From assembly GCA_045533755.1 (NCBI GenBank), contig JAZSIJ010000069.1, positions 1-43,294 of the forward strand: a DNA stretch of 43,294 nt, given 5' to 3'. Below, piece by piece: positions 27,582 through 38,340 of the stretch. The translations under genes were made by a program, and so were the position numbers. Position 1 is the first letter of the stretch. Each line of letters opens with the position of its first letter. The notes under the pieces were generated by a model that searched no databases, was not told where the DNA came from, and worked only from the letters and a program-made list of their open reading frames with translations. Source of the stretch: Eubacteriales bacterium. Its GTDB lineage: Bacteria > Bacillota > Clostridia > Oscillospirales > CAG-272.

Positions 27582-27596
27582 TTTTTCTATCCCCCT

Positions 27597-28016
27597 CTAT
27601 TCTCTCTTGCCTACGGTTCTGTCGTTGCTTAGCAACTGATACATCGATACACCTATAATGCTGTCAAGCGAAACGGTGTAGGCAACGCCCTTGCCGTTTT
27701 TTACCTTATGGAATTTTTCGTCCAGGGTTTCGAGCGCTTCCTTTACCTTGTCCTCTCTTATGTAAGAGATAATGACCGACTTTTCGGATTCGACAAGCCC
27801 GAGGAGGTCTAGCATTTGCGAGTTTGCCGTGCCTCTTCCGTAAAGCACCATCTGAACGTTGACCTCAAATTGCTCAAGCAGATCCATATAAAAGAGCGTT
27901 TTGCTTCTGTCGATAATAGTAATCAAAAGCTTGAGCTTACGGACGCTCGACACCTGCTTTTTTGCCGCAGCGAGCTTGCTCGTGTCTCTAGCATCTTTTA
28001 TTGTTTTTCTTGCCAT
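27597..28016 (-). CDS. P-II-like protein with a basic N-terminal extension (139 aa)
   Basis: KLLITIIDRSK...VLYGRGTANS...VAYTVSLDS follows the same fold pattern as the downstream P-II gene. Confidence 0.7.
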   Translation of the reverse strand: MARKTIKDARDTSKLAAAKKQVSSVRKLKLLITIIDRSKTLFYMDLLEQFEVNVQMVLYGRGTANSQMLDLLGLVESEKSVIISYIREDKVKEALETLDEKFHKVKNGKGVAYTVSLDSIIGVSMYQLLSNDRTVGKRE

Positions 28017-28025
28017 ACCTTTCTC

Positions 28026-29543
28026 CTACAAAAATCGAATAATCTGGTCGTCGTCCTCGCCGAGAATGCGCTTCATAGCGAGCCTCTCGCTCACTCTCTT
28101 TTTGGAAATTGCCGTAAAGCCGAGCATCTGAATAGTTATCAGGGGTGTCATTGCAACCATAGCAACGATTCCGAATGCGTCGGAGAGAATGTCACCTCCC
28201 ACAGCCACGCAAGCACCGATGGCAAACGGCAAAATGAAGGTCGAGGTCAGAGGGCCCGACGCAACTCCGCCCGAGTCGAACGCGATGGCGGTGTATATTT
28301 TGGGAACGAAGAAGGAAAGTCCGAGAGAAATGAGGTAACCGGGAACTAAATAATAGAGCACCGAGAAGCCGAATATGATTCTGATTACCGAAAGGCAGAT
28401 AGAAAGACCGACACCAACGCTGAGAGCTATCATCATTGAGGTTTTGGACACCGTGCCTCCCGTTATCTCCTCGACCTGCTTGTTAAGCACGTGCACCGCA
28501 GGCTCTGCCAAAACTACGACAAGTCCGAGCACAAATCCCGCGACGGCAATGGCAACCGGCGACGCCTTTGCCAGCTCCTCGCCCATCTTAAAGCCGACGG
28601 GCATAAATCCGACGTGGACAGCGGTCAGGAACACAATCAAGCCTATGTAGGTGATTACCGAGCCGACCGATATCTGAATAAGCTTTTTCTTCGGCAGCTT
28701 CAAGAAGATAAAATTGATGGCAAAGAAGAACGCCACGACCATTCCGAGAGCTATGCTGACGTCCTTCGTCGTTTCAAGGAGCGTGTGACCCAGGCTCTCC
28801 CAGATATTCTCCGCAAACATATAGTCCTCGGTTCCCGGAGCCGAAACGTCGCCGCCGCTTACCATGCTTAAAATCAGAACGGCAAGAATAGGGCCTACCG
28901 AGCACATCGCAACGAGGCCGAAGCTGTTCTCGCTTGCATTCCGTCCTCCGATTGTCGCCGCGACGCCTACGCCGAGCGCCATTATGAAGGGAACGGTAAT
29001 AGGCCCAGTCGTTACTCCGCCCGAGTCAAACGACAGGGGCAGAAGGCGGAAGTTCTGGGGGTCTATTGCCAAAATCAAAAGCGCCAGGGCAAACAAAACC
29101 ATATAGAAATAAACGAGCATCGAGCCGAGGTCTTTTTTAAAGACGATTTTCAGTATCGAAAGAACCAAAAACAGTCCCACTCCAAGTCCAACAAAGATAA
29201 TTATCAGCTTGCTGCCGACCTGGTCTGCCAAAACGGTAAGGTCGGGCTCTGCAACTGTTATCAGAAGACCGAGTATGAAGCATACGGTAAGCAAAAGCTT
29301 CAGATTTTTTGACTTAGTGAGTCCTGCGCCAACCTGCTCGCCCATAGGCGTCATCGCAACGTCAGCACCCAGAGTGAAAAGTCCGATGCCTAAAATCAGA
29401 AATATTGCAGACAGGCTGAAAATCAACACCTCGCTCGTCGATAAGTTGACAAGCGACGTGAAATTCAGAATAATAACAATCAGCGTAACCGGCAAAACCG
29501 AAAATAACGCTTCCTTTATTTTGCTAAATAACAGTTTTTTCAT
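28026..29543 (-). CDS. DUF1538 family polytopic membrane protein (fused two-repeat form)
   Basis: 505 aa. Two homologous halves are visible: AEPDLTVLADQV...FDSGGVTTGPITVPFIMALGVG and AEPAVHVLNKQV...FDSGGVASGPLTSTFILPFAIGA. Confidence 0.85.
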   Translation of the reverse strand: MKKLLFSKIKEALFSVLPVTLIVIILNFTSLVNLSTSEVLIFSLSAIFLILGIGLFTLGADVAMTPMGEQVGAGLTKSKNLKLLLTVCFILGLLITVAEPDLTVLADQVGSKLIIIFVGLGVGLFLVLSILKIVFKKDLGSMLVYFYMVLFALALLILAIDPQNFRLLPLSFDSGGVTTGPITVPFIMALGVGVAATIGGRNASENSFGLVAMCSVGPILAVLILSMVSGGDVSAPGTEDYMFAENIWESLGHTLLETTKDVSIALGMVVAFFFAINFIFLKLPKKKLIQISVGSVITYIGLIVFLTAVHVGFMPVGFKMGEELAKASPVAIAVAGFVLGLVVVLAEPAVHVLNKQVEEITGGTVSKTSMMIALSVGVGLSICLSVIRIIFGFSVLYYLVPGYLISLGLSFFVPKIYTAIAFDSGGVASGPLTSTFILPFAIGACVAVGGDILSDAFGIVAMVAMTPLITIQMLGFTAISKKRVSERLAMKRILGEDDDQIIRFL

Positions 29544-29570
29544 ATTTCTCCGTCTGTTTTGGGGTTAATT

Positions 29571-29622
29571 AAAAGCGTAGGACGCCTTCGGTTTATTTCT
29601 GAAAAGAACAAACTACGCTTTT
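29571..29622 (-). terminator. Hairpin with A/T runs between pyk and the DUF1538 operon
   Basis: AAAAGCGTAG - about 34 nt, including a C(TTCG)G mini-hairpin - CTACGCTTTT. It is either the pyk terminator or a leader element of the DUF1538 operon. Confidence 0.45.
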
Positions 29623-29667
29623 ATTGTATCATACATTTATGAAAAATTCTACCTGTTTTCTGAAAAA

Positions 29668-31080
29668 TCAAATCTCATCAATTTTTATCAGATTGGTGTT
29701 TCCTGAGTGTCCGGTGGTATCTCCGCCTGTTATGACGATACGGTCGCCCTTCGAAAGACCGAGCTCCTTTGCCGCAATCTTTTTCGCGGTATAGAAGAGA
29801 ACGTCGGTAGAGGTAAAGTTCTCGCACATAGCGGGAATAACTCCAAAGGAAAGCGCAAGCTTCCGCCATGTGACCTCGTTGGTGGTAAGACCTATTATTG
29901 CAACGGGGGCGCGGAAGCGCGAAACCATTCTCGCGGTCATTCCCGAAAGCGAGCAGGCCACTATCGCCTTTGCGTCAATGTCGATGGACATTCCGCAGGT
30001 AGAGTGCGAGATAGCGTCGGTCATGTTTCGGATTTGGAAGTCTGCCTCGTGGAAGCGCTTCTTGTAGTTGATGTTTCCCTCTGTGGTTTCGGCAATCTTT
30101 GCCATGGTTTCAACCGCCGCGATGGGATATTTGCCCGCTGCGGTTTCGCCCGAAAGCATTATCGCGCTAGTTCCGTCGTAAACGGCGTTAGCAATATCCG
30201 AAATCTCGGCTCTCGTAGGACGGGAGTTCGAAATCATAGACTCAAGCATCTCGGTTGCGGTAATGACGCGCTTGCCGAGCATTCGGCATTTGGTAATCAG
30301 CTTTTTCTGAATGGCGGGAAGATGCTCGAAGGGAATTTCAACTCCCATGTCTCCGCGCGCGACCATAATTCCGTCGCACACCTGACAGATTTCCTCGATG
30401 TTATCCACGCCCGACTGGTTTTCAATCTTGGCAATCAGCTCTATTCCCTCGGCTCCAATCTCGCTGAGATAACCCCGCACGTCGAGAAGATCCTGCTTGC
30501 AGGAAACGAAGGAGCAGGCAATATAGTCGATGCCGTTATCCACACCGAATTTTATATCTGCCTTATCCTGCTCGGAAAGGTAGGGCTGCTTCATTACCTT
30601 GCCGGGAAAGCTCATGCTCTTGCGGTCGGAGAGCACACCGCCGCACACAACCTTACATTCAATATCCGCCCCGTCAATCCTGTCAACGAGGAAGGAGAGA
30701 AGTCCGTTGTTGAGAAGTATGGTGTCACCGACCGAAAGCTCCTCGGGAAGCCTTGCATAGCTGACCGAAACGCGCTCGCGGTTTCCAACGACCTCGTCGG
30801 TGGTGAAGGTAAATCTGTCGCCGTCCGAAAGAAGAATTTTTCCGCCCTCAAAGGTCTTGATGCGGTATTCGGGGCCCTTGGTGTCAAGCATGATGGCAAT
30901 AGGAAGCGAAAGCTCCTCGCGTACCTCTTTCACAAGGTCGATTCTTCTCTGGTGGTCGGCGTGTGTATTGTGTGAAAAGTTAAGCCTTGCGACGTTCATT
31001 CCCGCCTTGCAAAGACCTCTGACGATTTCTTTTGTTTCGCTTGCAGGGCCGAGCGTGCAAACGATTTTGGTTTTACGCAT
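29668..31080 (-). CDS. pyk: Pyruvate kinase
   Basis: MRKTKIVCTLGPA, NVARLNFSH, MVARGDMGVE and GETAAGKYP are present. I chose the ATG at 31080 because of the AAGGAG RBS. Confidence 0.96.
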   Translation of the reverse strand: MRKTKIVCTLGPASETKEIVRGLCKAGMNVARLNFSHNTHADHQRRIDLVKEVREELSLPIAIMLDTKGPEYRIKTFEGGKILLSDGDRFTFTTDEVVGNRERVSVSYARLPEELSVGDTILLNNGLLSFLVDRIDGADIECKVVCGGVLSDRKSMSFPGKVMKQPYLSEQDKADIKFGVDNGIDYIACSFVSCKQDLLDVRGYLSEIGAEGIELIAKIENQSGVDNIEEICQVCDGIMVARGDMGVEIPFEHLPAIQKKLITKCRMLGKRVITATEMLESMISNSRPTRAEISDIANAVYDGTSAIMLSGETAAGKYPIAAVETMAKIAETTEGNINYKKRFHEADFQIRNMTDAISHSTCGMSIDIDAKAIVACSLSGMTARMVSRFRAPVAIIGLTTNEVTWRKLALSFGVIPAMCENFTSTDVLFYTAKKIAAKELGLSKGDRIVITGGDTTGHSGNTNLIKIDEI

Positions 31081-31231
31081 ACTGTTTCTCCTTAATTTTG
31101 CTTTTTCTATATGCAATTAGAGCAGAGCCTCGGCAGAGCTTTCTTTCCCGAGGGCATCAATAATTCTACATTATATATTATACTGCAAAAACTTGTTTTT
31201 TCAACCCATTGTTGTTAATTTCTCCATATAA

Positions 31232-31264
31232 TTAAAAATCAGGCGCAGGAAAAATCCTGCGCCT
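31232..31264 (-). terminator. Orphan minus-strand terminator
   Basis: A perfect 10-bp stem, AGGCGCAGGA - AAAA - TCCTGCGCCT, followed on the minus strand by GATTTTT. No ORF-track gene ends here. Confidence 0.6.
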
Positions 31265-31267
31265 ATA

Positions 31268-31372
31268 TCAGCTAACGCCGCTACTTATGTTCATTACGTG
31301 GCTGAAGCAATAGACTGTTGTTCTGAGTTTATCATCGGAAACCGATGTTGCGAACGCACTACTGCTGCTCAT
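31268..31372 (-). CDS. Speculative 34-codon ORF (MSSSSAFATSVSDDKLRTTVYCFSHVMNISSGVS)
   Basis: This is the only ATG-initiated frame that ends just before the orphan terminator. Its RBS is weak (AGG). It could equally be a non-coding transcript. Confidence 0.2.
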   Translation of the reverse strand: MSSSSAFATSVSDDKLRTTVYCFSHVMNISSGVS

Positions 31373-31448
31373 GGAAAACCTATTGTTTTGGCGTTGCGAT
31401 ATCCATTTCTTCGCTGCATGTGAGCTTCTATTCTACGAAATATATCAT

Positions 31449-31567
31449 TTATGTAGGTGCGCCTTCATATTATATCATGCCAGCGCAAGAAAGTCAACTG
31501 TATGTAGGTATACCTTCTTATATTTTTTTTAATTTCTTGGTAAAATTTATATGTAGGTAAATCTACC
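31449..31567 (+). repeat. Three direct repeats with an ATGTAGGT core, spaced about 50 nt
   Basis: The copies are TTATGTAGGTGCGCCTTCATAT (31449-31470), GTATGTAGGTATACCTTCTTAT (31500-31521) and TTATATGTAGGTAAATCTACC (31547-31567). All lie immediately upstream of the XRE gene. Confidence 0.8.
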
Positions 31568-31598
31568 GAGTTAAATCTTCTTATTGGAGGATATCAGA

Positions 31599-31844
31599 TT
31601 GACTGTAAATAACGCCGTTGCAAAGCGTATTTCCAAGCTGTTGCGAGAAAAGAATATGTCTCAATATCGTTTGGAACAGGATTCGGGAATACAGCACGGA
31701 AGTATGCAATGTATAATGAACGGAAGAAACAAAACGGTAACATTGAGTACCGTGATTATGCTTGCAAAAGGCTTCAATATGTCTCTTACCGAGTTTTTAG
31801 ACGACGATATTTTTTATTCAGAGGATTTAGAGATAGAACAGTAA
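31599..31844 (+). CDS. Small XRE-family HTH protein
   Basis: ISKLLREKNMSQYRLEQDSGIQHGSMQCIMNG is an HTH. I favour the TTG at 31599, 8 nt after a GGAGG RBS. The ORF-track TTG at 31584 overlaps that RBS. Confidence 0.75.
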   Translation: MTVNNAVAKRISKLLREKNMSQYRLEQDSGIQHGSMQCIMNGRNKTVTLSTVIMLAKGFNMSLTEFLDDDIFYSEDLEIEQ

Positions 31845-31847
31845 GGG

Positions 31848-31872
31848 CCGCCCTGATTTTAGGGCGGTTTTT
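31848..31872 (+). terminator. Intrinsic terminator of the XRE gene
   Basis: CCGCCCT - GATTTT - AGGGCGG followed by TTTTT. Confidence 0.8.
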
Positions 31873-31889
31873 GTGTTTATAAATAAACC

Positions 31890-32237
31890 TTAACCTTTTG
31901 CAGGAGAATTTATGGATTCCATGCTTGCCGCAGTCCGACCGGCAACACCTTTTTCCTTTGTATTGCGCACTATTTCATTGGCGTTTAACCAAATGCCACG
32001 AGTGTTACGCACAATCTCGCCGAGACCCCAAACCAAATGAGCCGTTATTATTCCGGGAATGCTACATACTACTGCGCTTATTAAAAGAATGAACGAAATT
32101 ACCGCAAGGTATGTATTAACAAAAATAAGGATCAGTGCTACAATCACCAAAAGGCAAGAGAGAACGATAGTAGCACCCAGAATAAATTTTGCACATTTTT
32201 TAAGCGCTTCTTCTGAGTTGTAATTAGGATAAAACAT
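31890..32237 (-). CDS. Small two-TM membrane protein
   Basis: AAAGGA RBS. There are two long hydrophobic helices. The C-terminus repeats the motif EIVRNT (EIVRNTRG / EIVRNTKEKG). Confidence 0.6.
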   Translation of the reverse strand: MFYPNYNSEEALKKCAKFILGATIVLSCLLVIVALILIFVNTYLAVISFILLISAVVCSIPGIITAHLVWGLGEIVRNTRGIWLNANEIVRNTKEKGVAGRTAASMESINSPAKG

Positions 32238-32640
32238 TTTATTTTCCTTTCACTTAAATTGATGTTATCGGTAAAAAGGGTCTATCCTCCTTTCAAAATA
32301 AAAGATGCGACAACCGAAGTCATCGCACCGAAAAACGCACGACTCCAATTGTCGCCAAACAAAAACGTTGATTTTAGAGAACTCTCCTACACCAGACGCG
32401 GAATCTGCGTTTTTACCGTAAATTCTTAGTCTGGCGCACAAAAGCGAAAAAGGGTACAAGACCCCCTATAAAAAACAGAGAGCTTCTCTTAAAATCATTA
32501 TTCGTTTTCGTTTGGCATCCTTATTATATCACCTTTTCTCGCGTTTGTAAATATATTTTTGAATTTTTTGATAAATAAAAATGGATTAAAGAAAAAAGCG
32601 ACCCGCTCATTATGAACAGATCGCATTTTTTGCCTGAATT

Positions 32641-33783
32641 TTACTTAAAGAATCTTTCGAAAACGCCCTTTTTGCGCGCTGAGTTCTTCTCGCCGAGTGT
32701 TTCGGCAAAGGAGCGAAGAAGCTTCTTCTGCTCGCCCGTAAGGTTCTTCGGGGTTTCGACAAGCACGGTTATAATGAGGTCACCGCGCCGCTTCGAGTTG
32801 ATGTCGGGGATACCCTTGCCTCTGAGAGTAAAGGACGTGCCCGACTGCGTGCCCTCGGGGATTTCGTACTTCTCGGGCTTGCCGCCGAGAATGGGAATGT
32901 CAATTTCCGCGCCCAGCGCCGCCTCGGTGAAGCTTATCGGCACGTCGCAGTAGAGGTTGTTGCCGTCTCTTGTGAAGAGGTCGTGGTTTTTAACTCTGAC
33001 CTCAATAATAAGGTCGCCGTTGTCTCCGCCGTTTCTTCCGGCAGAGCCCTGTCCTCTGAGGACTATCCTCTGCATTGAATCTATACCCGCGGGGATTGAT
33101 ACCTCGAGCTTCTTGTTAACCTTAATGAAGCCCTTTCCGTTACAGTTCTTGCATGGGGTCTTGATAATCTTGCCCGTGCCGCGACATTCCTGGCACTGAC
33201 GCTGTGTCTGCATATACCCGAGCATCGTCTGCTGCTTGACGGTAACGCTTCCCGTGCCGCGACAGACGGAGCAGGTCTCTGCCTTCGTGCCCTTTTCAGC
33301 ACCCGTCGAGTTACAGTCGGGACAGCCCTCAACGCGCGCGAAGGTTATGTCCTTCTTGCAGCCAAACGCCGCCTCCTCGAAATCTATGGTAATGCGCGTC
33401 GCAACGTCCTCGCCATCGATAGGCATATTCCGTCTTGAGTGAGAAGAGCCGCCGCCACCGCCAAAGAAGGAGGAGAATATGTCGCCAAAGTCAAAGTCGC
33501 CGCCACCAAATCCGCCGAAGCCGCCAAAGCCCGAGCCGCCGCCCATAGACGGGTCAAACGCCGCATGACCGAACTGGTCGTACTTTGCGCGCTTTTCCTT
33601 ATCAGAGAGGACGTCGTACGCCTCGTTTGCCTCCTTGAACTTCGCCTCGGCTTCCTTGTCGCCGGGGTTCATATCGGGGTGATACTTTTTGGCAAGGCCT
33701 CGATATGCCTTTTTTATCTCATCATCCGAAGCACCCTTCGATACGCCGAGCACCTCGTAATAATCTCTTTTGTTTTCCGCCAT
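32641..33783 (-). CDS. dnaJ: Molecular chaperone DnaJ
   Basis: J domain with the HPD motif (KKYHPDMN), a Gly/Phe-rich linker, and four CxxCxGxG zinc-finger repeats. Confidence 0.97.
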   Translation of the reverse strand: MAENKRDYYEVLGVSKGASDDEIKKAYRGLAKKYHPDMNPGDKEAEAKFKEANEAYDVLSDKEKRAKYDQFGHAAFDPSMGGGSGFGGFGGFGGGDFDFGDIFSSFFGGGGGSSHSRRNMPIDGEDVATRITIDFEEAAFGCKKDITFARVEGCPDCNSTGAEKGTKAETCSVCRGTGSVTVKQQTMLGYMQTQRQCQECRGTGKIIKTPCKNCNGKGFIKVNKKLEVSIPAGIDSMQRIVLRGQGSAGRNGGDNGDLIIEVRVKNHDLFTRDGNNLYCDVPISFTEAALGAEIDIPILGGKPEKYEIPEGTQSGTSFTLRGKGIPDINSKRRGDLIITVLVETPKNLTGEQKKLLRSFAETLGEKNSARKKGVFERFFK

Positions 33784-33885
33784 AAAATCTGCCTTTCTCC
33801 AAGAGAAATGAGCGAGAGAGGGATACCCGTGTTAAATTAAATGCGCACAAATCTCACGCAGGGGCTTCTCCCTTTTCGCCTTTAT

Positions 33886-33911
33886 GGCGGAGCGCAAAGC
33901 CGCGCTCCGCC
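33886..33911 (-). other. GC-rich hairpin between dnaK and dnaJ
   Basis: A perfect 10-bp stem, GGCGGAGCGC / GCGCTCCGCC. On the minus strand it has no U-tail, so it is more likely a processing or stability element, or an attenuator, than a full terminator. Confidence 0.5.
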
Positions 33912-33946
33912 ACGTTTTTGTAAACTATTATTTGCTTTTTGCTTTA

Positions 33947-35788
<1,842 letters not shown>

Positions 35789-35815
35789 TTATATGATATG
35801 TTTTTAATTAACTTA

Positions 35816-36361
35816 TTAGTTTGCCGTCTTTACCATTGCAAAGCGGATAACTCTCTTGTTTTTCTTGTAGCCCTTTTCAAATACCTCGACAATCTCGCCC
35901 TCGCCGTAAGCCTCATCCTCGATATGCATCACGGCATTGTGGAGATTGGGGTCAAAGCTCTCGCCGGCAGCGCCAACTGCCTCAATTCCCATAGAGGAGA
36001 ACACAGAGGATACCGCCTTAAGCGTCATACCGAGTCCCTCCTTGACCTTCTCACCGTCATCATAGTTTGCGGCGCGCTCGAGGTTGTCAATGATGGGCAG
36101 CAGCTCTGCAACCGTATCGGAAAGCGCCGACTCGTATGCAGCGTCGCGCTCCTCTCTTGAACGGCGTCTGAAGTTATCGTACTCTGCCGCCATTCTTAAA
36201 TACTTGTCGTCCAGCTCCTTCTTTTGTGCCTTCAGTGCCTCTATCTCAAGAAGCAGTTCTTCCTCGCGTGTGAGTTCCGCACCTGCGGTGTTTTCTTCAC
36301 ACGCCCCCTCCTCTTTTATCTCTTCTTCGGGGTTTTCGTTAAGTATGTCCTTATTTTCCAT
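35816..36361 (-). CDS. grpE: Nucleotide exchange factor GrpE
   Basis: A coiled-coil N-terminal region is followed by RMAAEYDNFRRR and a C-terminal beta domain. The ATG at 36361 has a GGAGGA RBS. Confidence 0.93.
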   Translation of the reverse strand: MENKDILNENPEEEIKEEGACEENTAGAELTREEELLLEIEALKAQKKELDDKYLRMAAEYDNFRRRSREERDAAYESALSDTVAELLPIIDNLERAANYDDGEKVKEGLGMTLKAVSSVFSSMGIEAVGAAGESFDPNLHNAVMHIEDEAYGEGEIVEVFEKGYKKNKRVIRFAMVKTAN

Positions 36362-37436
36362 TCGTTCCTCCGTTTTCTTTGAATGGCTCGCCAAGAAGAT
36401 TATCCTCGTCAACCATTCGGTCAAGCCCTGTGGCAAGACGGTTTAACATACCGATAACCTTTTGGTAGTTCATTCGCTTCGGTCCTATAACGCCGACCGC
36501 GAGCTGCTTTCCGCCAACCGTCACGTTCTTGAAAATCAGCGTGGTATCCTTCATCGCATCCGAGGAGTCCTCGTTGCCGATATAGACGTTTATTCCGTCC
36601 TCGGTGGTGGTGTGAGAGGATATGACGTCAAGAATTTTTTCCTTTTCCTCAAGCACTCCGAGAAGATTTCTGAACTTTGCCGTGTCGGAATATTCGGGAT
36701 ACTGCAAAAGGTTGGTAACTCCGTCGAGCTTAATGTCTGCGGTGTCGAGCTCGCTCATCGTCTCGTAGATTACCTTAACCGTCGGGTGAACCATCGCTCC
36801 GAGTGAGCCCATAATGCTCTCAAGCTTGACGATAATCGGCATCGTTATCGCGTCGCTCTCAAGATTGACAAGATAGAGGTTGAGAGCCTCGGTAAACCTA
36901 CGCAAATCGTCGGCGGCAAGAGGGAAGGAGAGATGTATCGTCTTCGCCTTCACAATGTCGCCCGAGAACATCATAACGAGAAGGAAGTCGCGAGGTGAGA
37001 GATGAACGCTGTCGAACTTGTTGATTCTCACCTTGCCCGCCCCCGACTTGAAGGCGATACCCATGTAGTCGGTGAATGACGAAGCAAGCTTCGACGCCTC
37101 AGCGAGAATCTCGTCCATCTCCGAGAGCTTATAGCGAAGTCTTTCGTTTATCTCGTCTATTTCATACTTGGTCTGGCTGTACTGTTCTATGAGAGTGTCA
37201 ACGTAGAAGCGGTAGCCAAGCTCGGACGGAACTCTTCCCGCCGAGGTGTGAGGCTGAACGAGGTATCCCATCTCCTCGAGCTCTGCCATCTCGTTTCTGA
37301 TGGTAGCAGAGGAGCAGGAAATCATCGCCTCCTGCGAAAGATACTTTGACCCGACAGGCTCACCGTGATTGATATGCGCGTCCACGATAGCCTTCAGAAT
37401 CTGCATTTTTCTTGCCGAAAGCCCGGAATAATCCAT
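36351..37436 (-). CDS. hrcA: Heat-inducible transcription repressor HrcA
   Basis: LSARKMQILKAIVDAHINHGEPVGSKYL is a winged helix, followed by a GAF-like C-terminal region. The ATG at 37436 has a GGGAGG RBS. Confidence 0.95.
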   Translation of the reverse strand: MDYSGLSARKMQILKAIVDAHINHGEPVGSKYLSQEAMISCSSATIRNEMAELEEMGYLVQPHTSAGRVPSELGYRFYVDTLIEQYSQTKYEIDEINERLRYKLSEMDEILAEASKLASSFTDYMGIAFKSGAGKVRINKFDSVHLSPRDFLLVMMFSGDIVKAKTIHLSFPLAADDLRRFTEALNLYLVNLESDAITMPIIVKLESIMGSLGAMVHPTVKVIYETMSELDTADIKLDGVTNLLQYPEYSDTAKFRNLLGVLEEKEKILDVISSHTTTEDGINVYIGNEDSSDAMKDTTLIFKNVTVGGKQLAVGVIGPKRMNYQKVIGMLNRLATGLDRMVDEDNLLGEPFKENGGTNGK

Positions 37437-37458
37437 TTTTACCTCCCACAACCGTTTT

Positions 37459-37485
37459 TTAGCACTCTTCGCTTGCAAGTGCTAA
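37459..37485. promoter_or_regulatory. CIRCE operator (TTAGCACTC-N9-AAGTGCTAA)
   Basis: Matches the CIRCE consensus TTAGCACTC-N9-GAGTGCTAA with one mismatch. It sits between the predicted promoter and the hrcA start. Confidence 0.9.
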
Positions 37486-37498
37486 ACTTGACACTAAT

Positions 37499-37527
37499 AA
37501 TATAATATATTTTTCGCCCTGTGTCAA
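37499..37527 (-). promoter_or_regulatory. Predicted sigma-A promoter of the hrcA-grpE-dnaK-dnaJ operon
   Basis: On the minus strand: TTGACA, a 17-nt spacer, then TATATT. CIRCE lies just downstream. Confidence 0.6.
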
Positions 37528-37566
37528 GCATTTTAGCAATAAATTTTATGAACGTTTTGTTAATAT

Positions 37567-37593
37567 TTAGCCGTCAAGCAGAGTAAGTGCTAA
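37567..37593. promoter_or_regulatory. Possible second, degenerate CIRCE (TTAGCCGTC-N9-AAGTGCTAA)
   Basis: Three mismatches to the consensus, with correct 9-nt spacing. It lies 108 nt upstream of the first CIRCE. Confidence 0.35.
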
Positions 37594-37767
37594 TTTTGCA
37601 AAAAAATCGACACGCTCTTTTGCTTTTATCCTGTGACTATCCTGAAAATAATTTAATTAACCTTTAAATTGTGTTCTCAAATTATTAATCTTTGTAAGTT
37701 AAAATAGAGTATAAAATATTACTGATTTTACAAATGAAACAGAGTATAAATTACTACGGAGAAATAT

Positions 37768-38322
37768 ATGTTTGATGATATAAAAGAGTATCTTTCTCTT
37801 AATCTAAAGGATTATGAGAACATCGGCGTTGACTTTGAAATAAATAAATTCCTGATACTCCTTGCCATAGCGCTCTCGGTGGCGTCCTTTGTAATAAACC
37901 TGAAGCGCATGATGATTTTCGAGATGATAAAGCAGCTCTTCCGCCGAGGCGCGACGAGCGAGGAAAATGCCAAAACTCTGGGTGAGCTCGGTCTTATGGA
38001 CTCTCGCGGCATTAGGCGCGCTCTCTCGTCGGATACTCAACTGCGGCGTCTGGTCAGCTTTGTCGGCGAGAGGAAGATTTCTTATGAGGAATATGTCGCG
38101 CTTCCTAAAGAAAAGAAGAAAACTGCAGAGGTGCCGGATCTCAAGACTGCGCGCTTCTATATTCCCGAGAGCTCACTTGACCGTGCGAAGTACGTCTACA
38201 ACAGCTATAACCCCTCTTTTCTTCATACCATTTTGCTCTGCCTCTTGTACCTTTCGGTAACGGTTTGCTTAATTATGCTGTCGCCGAGTATAGTATCACT
38301 CATCGACGCCTCACTTGGATAA
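37768..38322 (+). CDS. Hypothetical membrane protein (two TM segments)
   Basis: One TM near the N-terminus (FLILLAIALSVASFVI) and one near the C-terminus. I recognise no domain. Confidence 0.6.
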   Translation: MFDDIKEYLSLNLKDYENIGVDFEINKFLILLAIALSVASFVINLKRMMIFEMIKQLFRRGATSEENAKTLGELGLMDSRGIRRALSSDTQLRRLVSFVGERKISYEEYVALPKEKKKTAEVPDLKTARFYIPESSLDRAKYVYNSYNPSFLHTILLCLLYLSVTVCLIMLSPSIVSLIDASLG

Positions 38323-38340
38323 AAAGAGAAAACCAATAGA

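Noticed and set aside
29707-30975. A 422-aa open frame antisense to pyruvate kinase
   Set aside because: The argument is the same as for the other shadow ORFs. The minus-strand pyk has all the conserved kinase motifs and a strong RBS.
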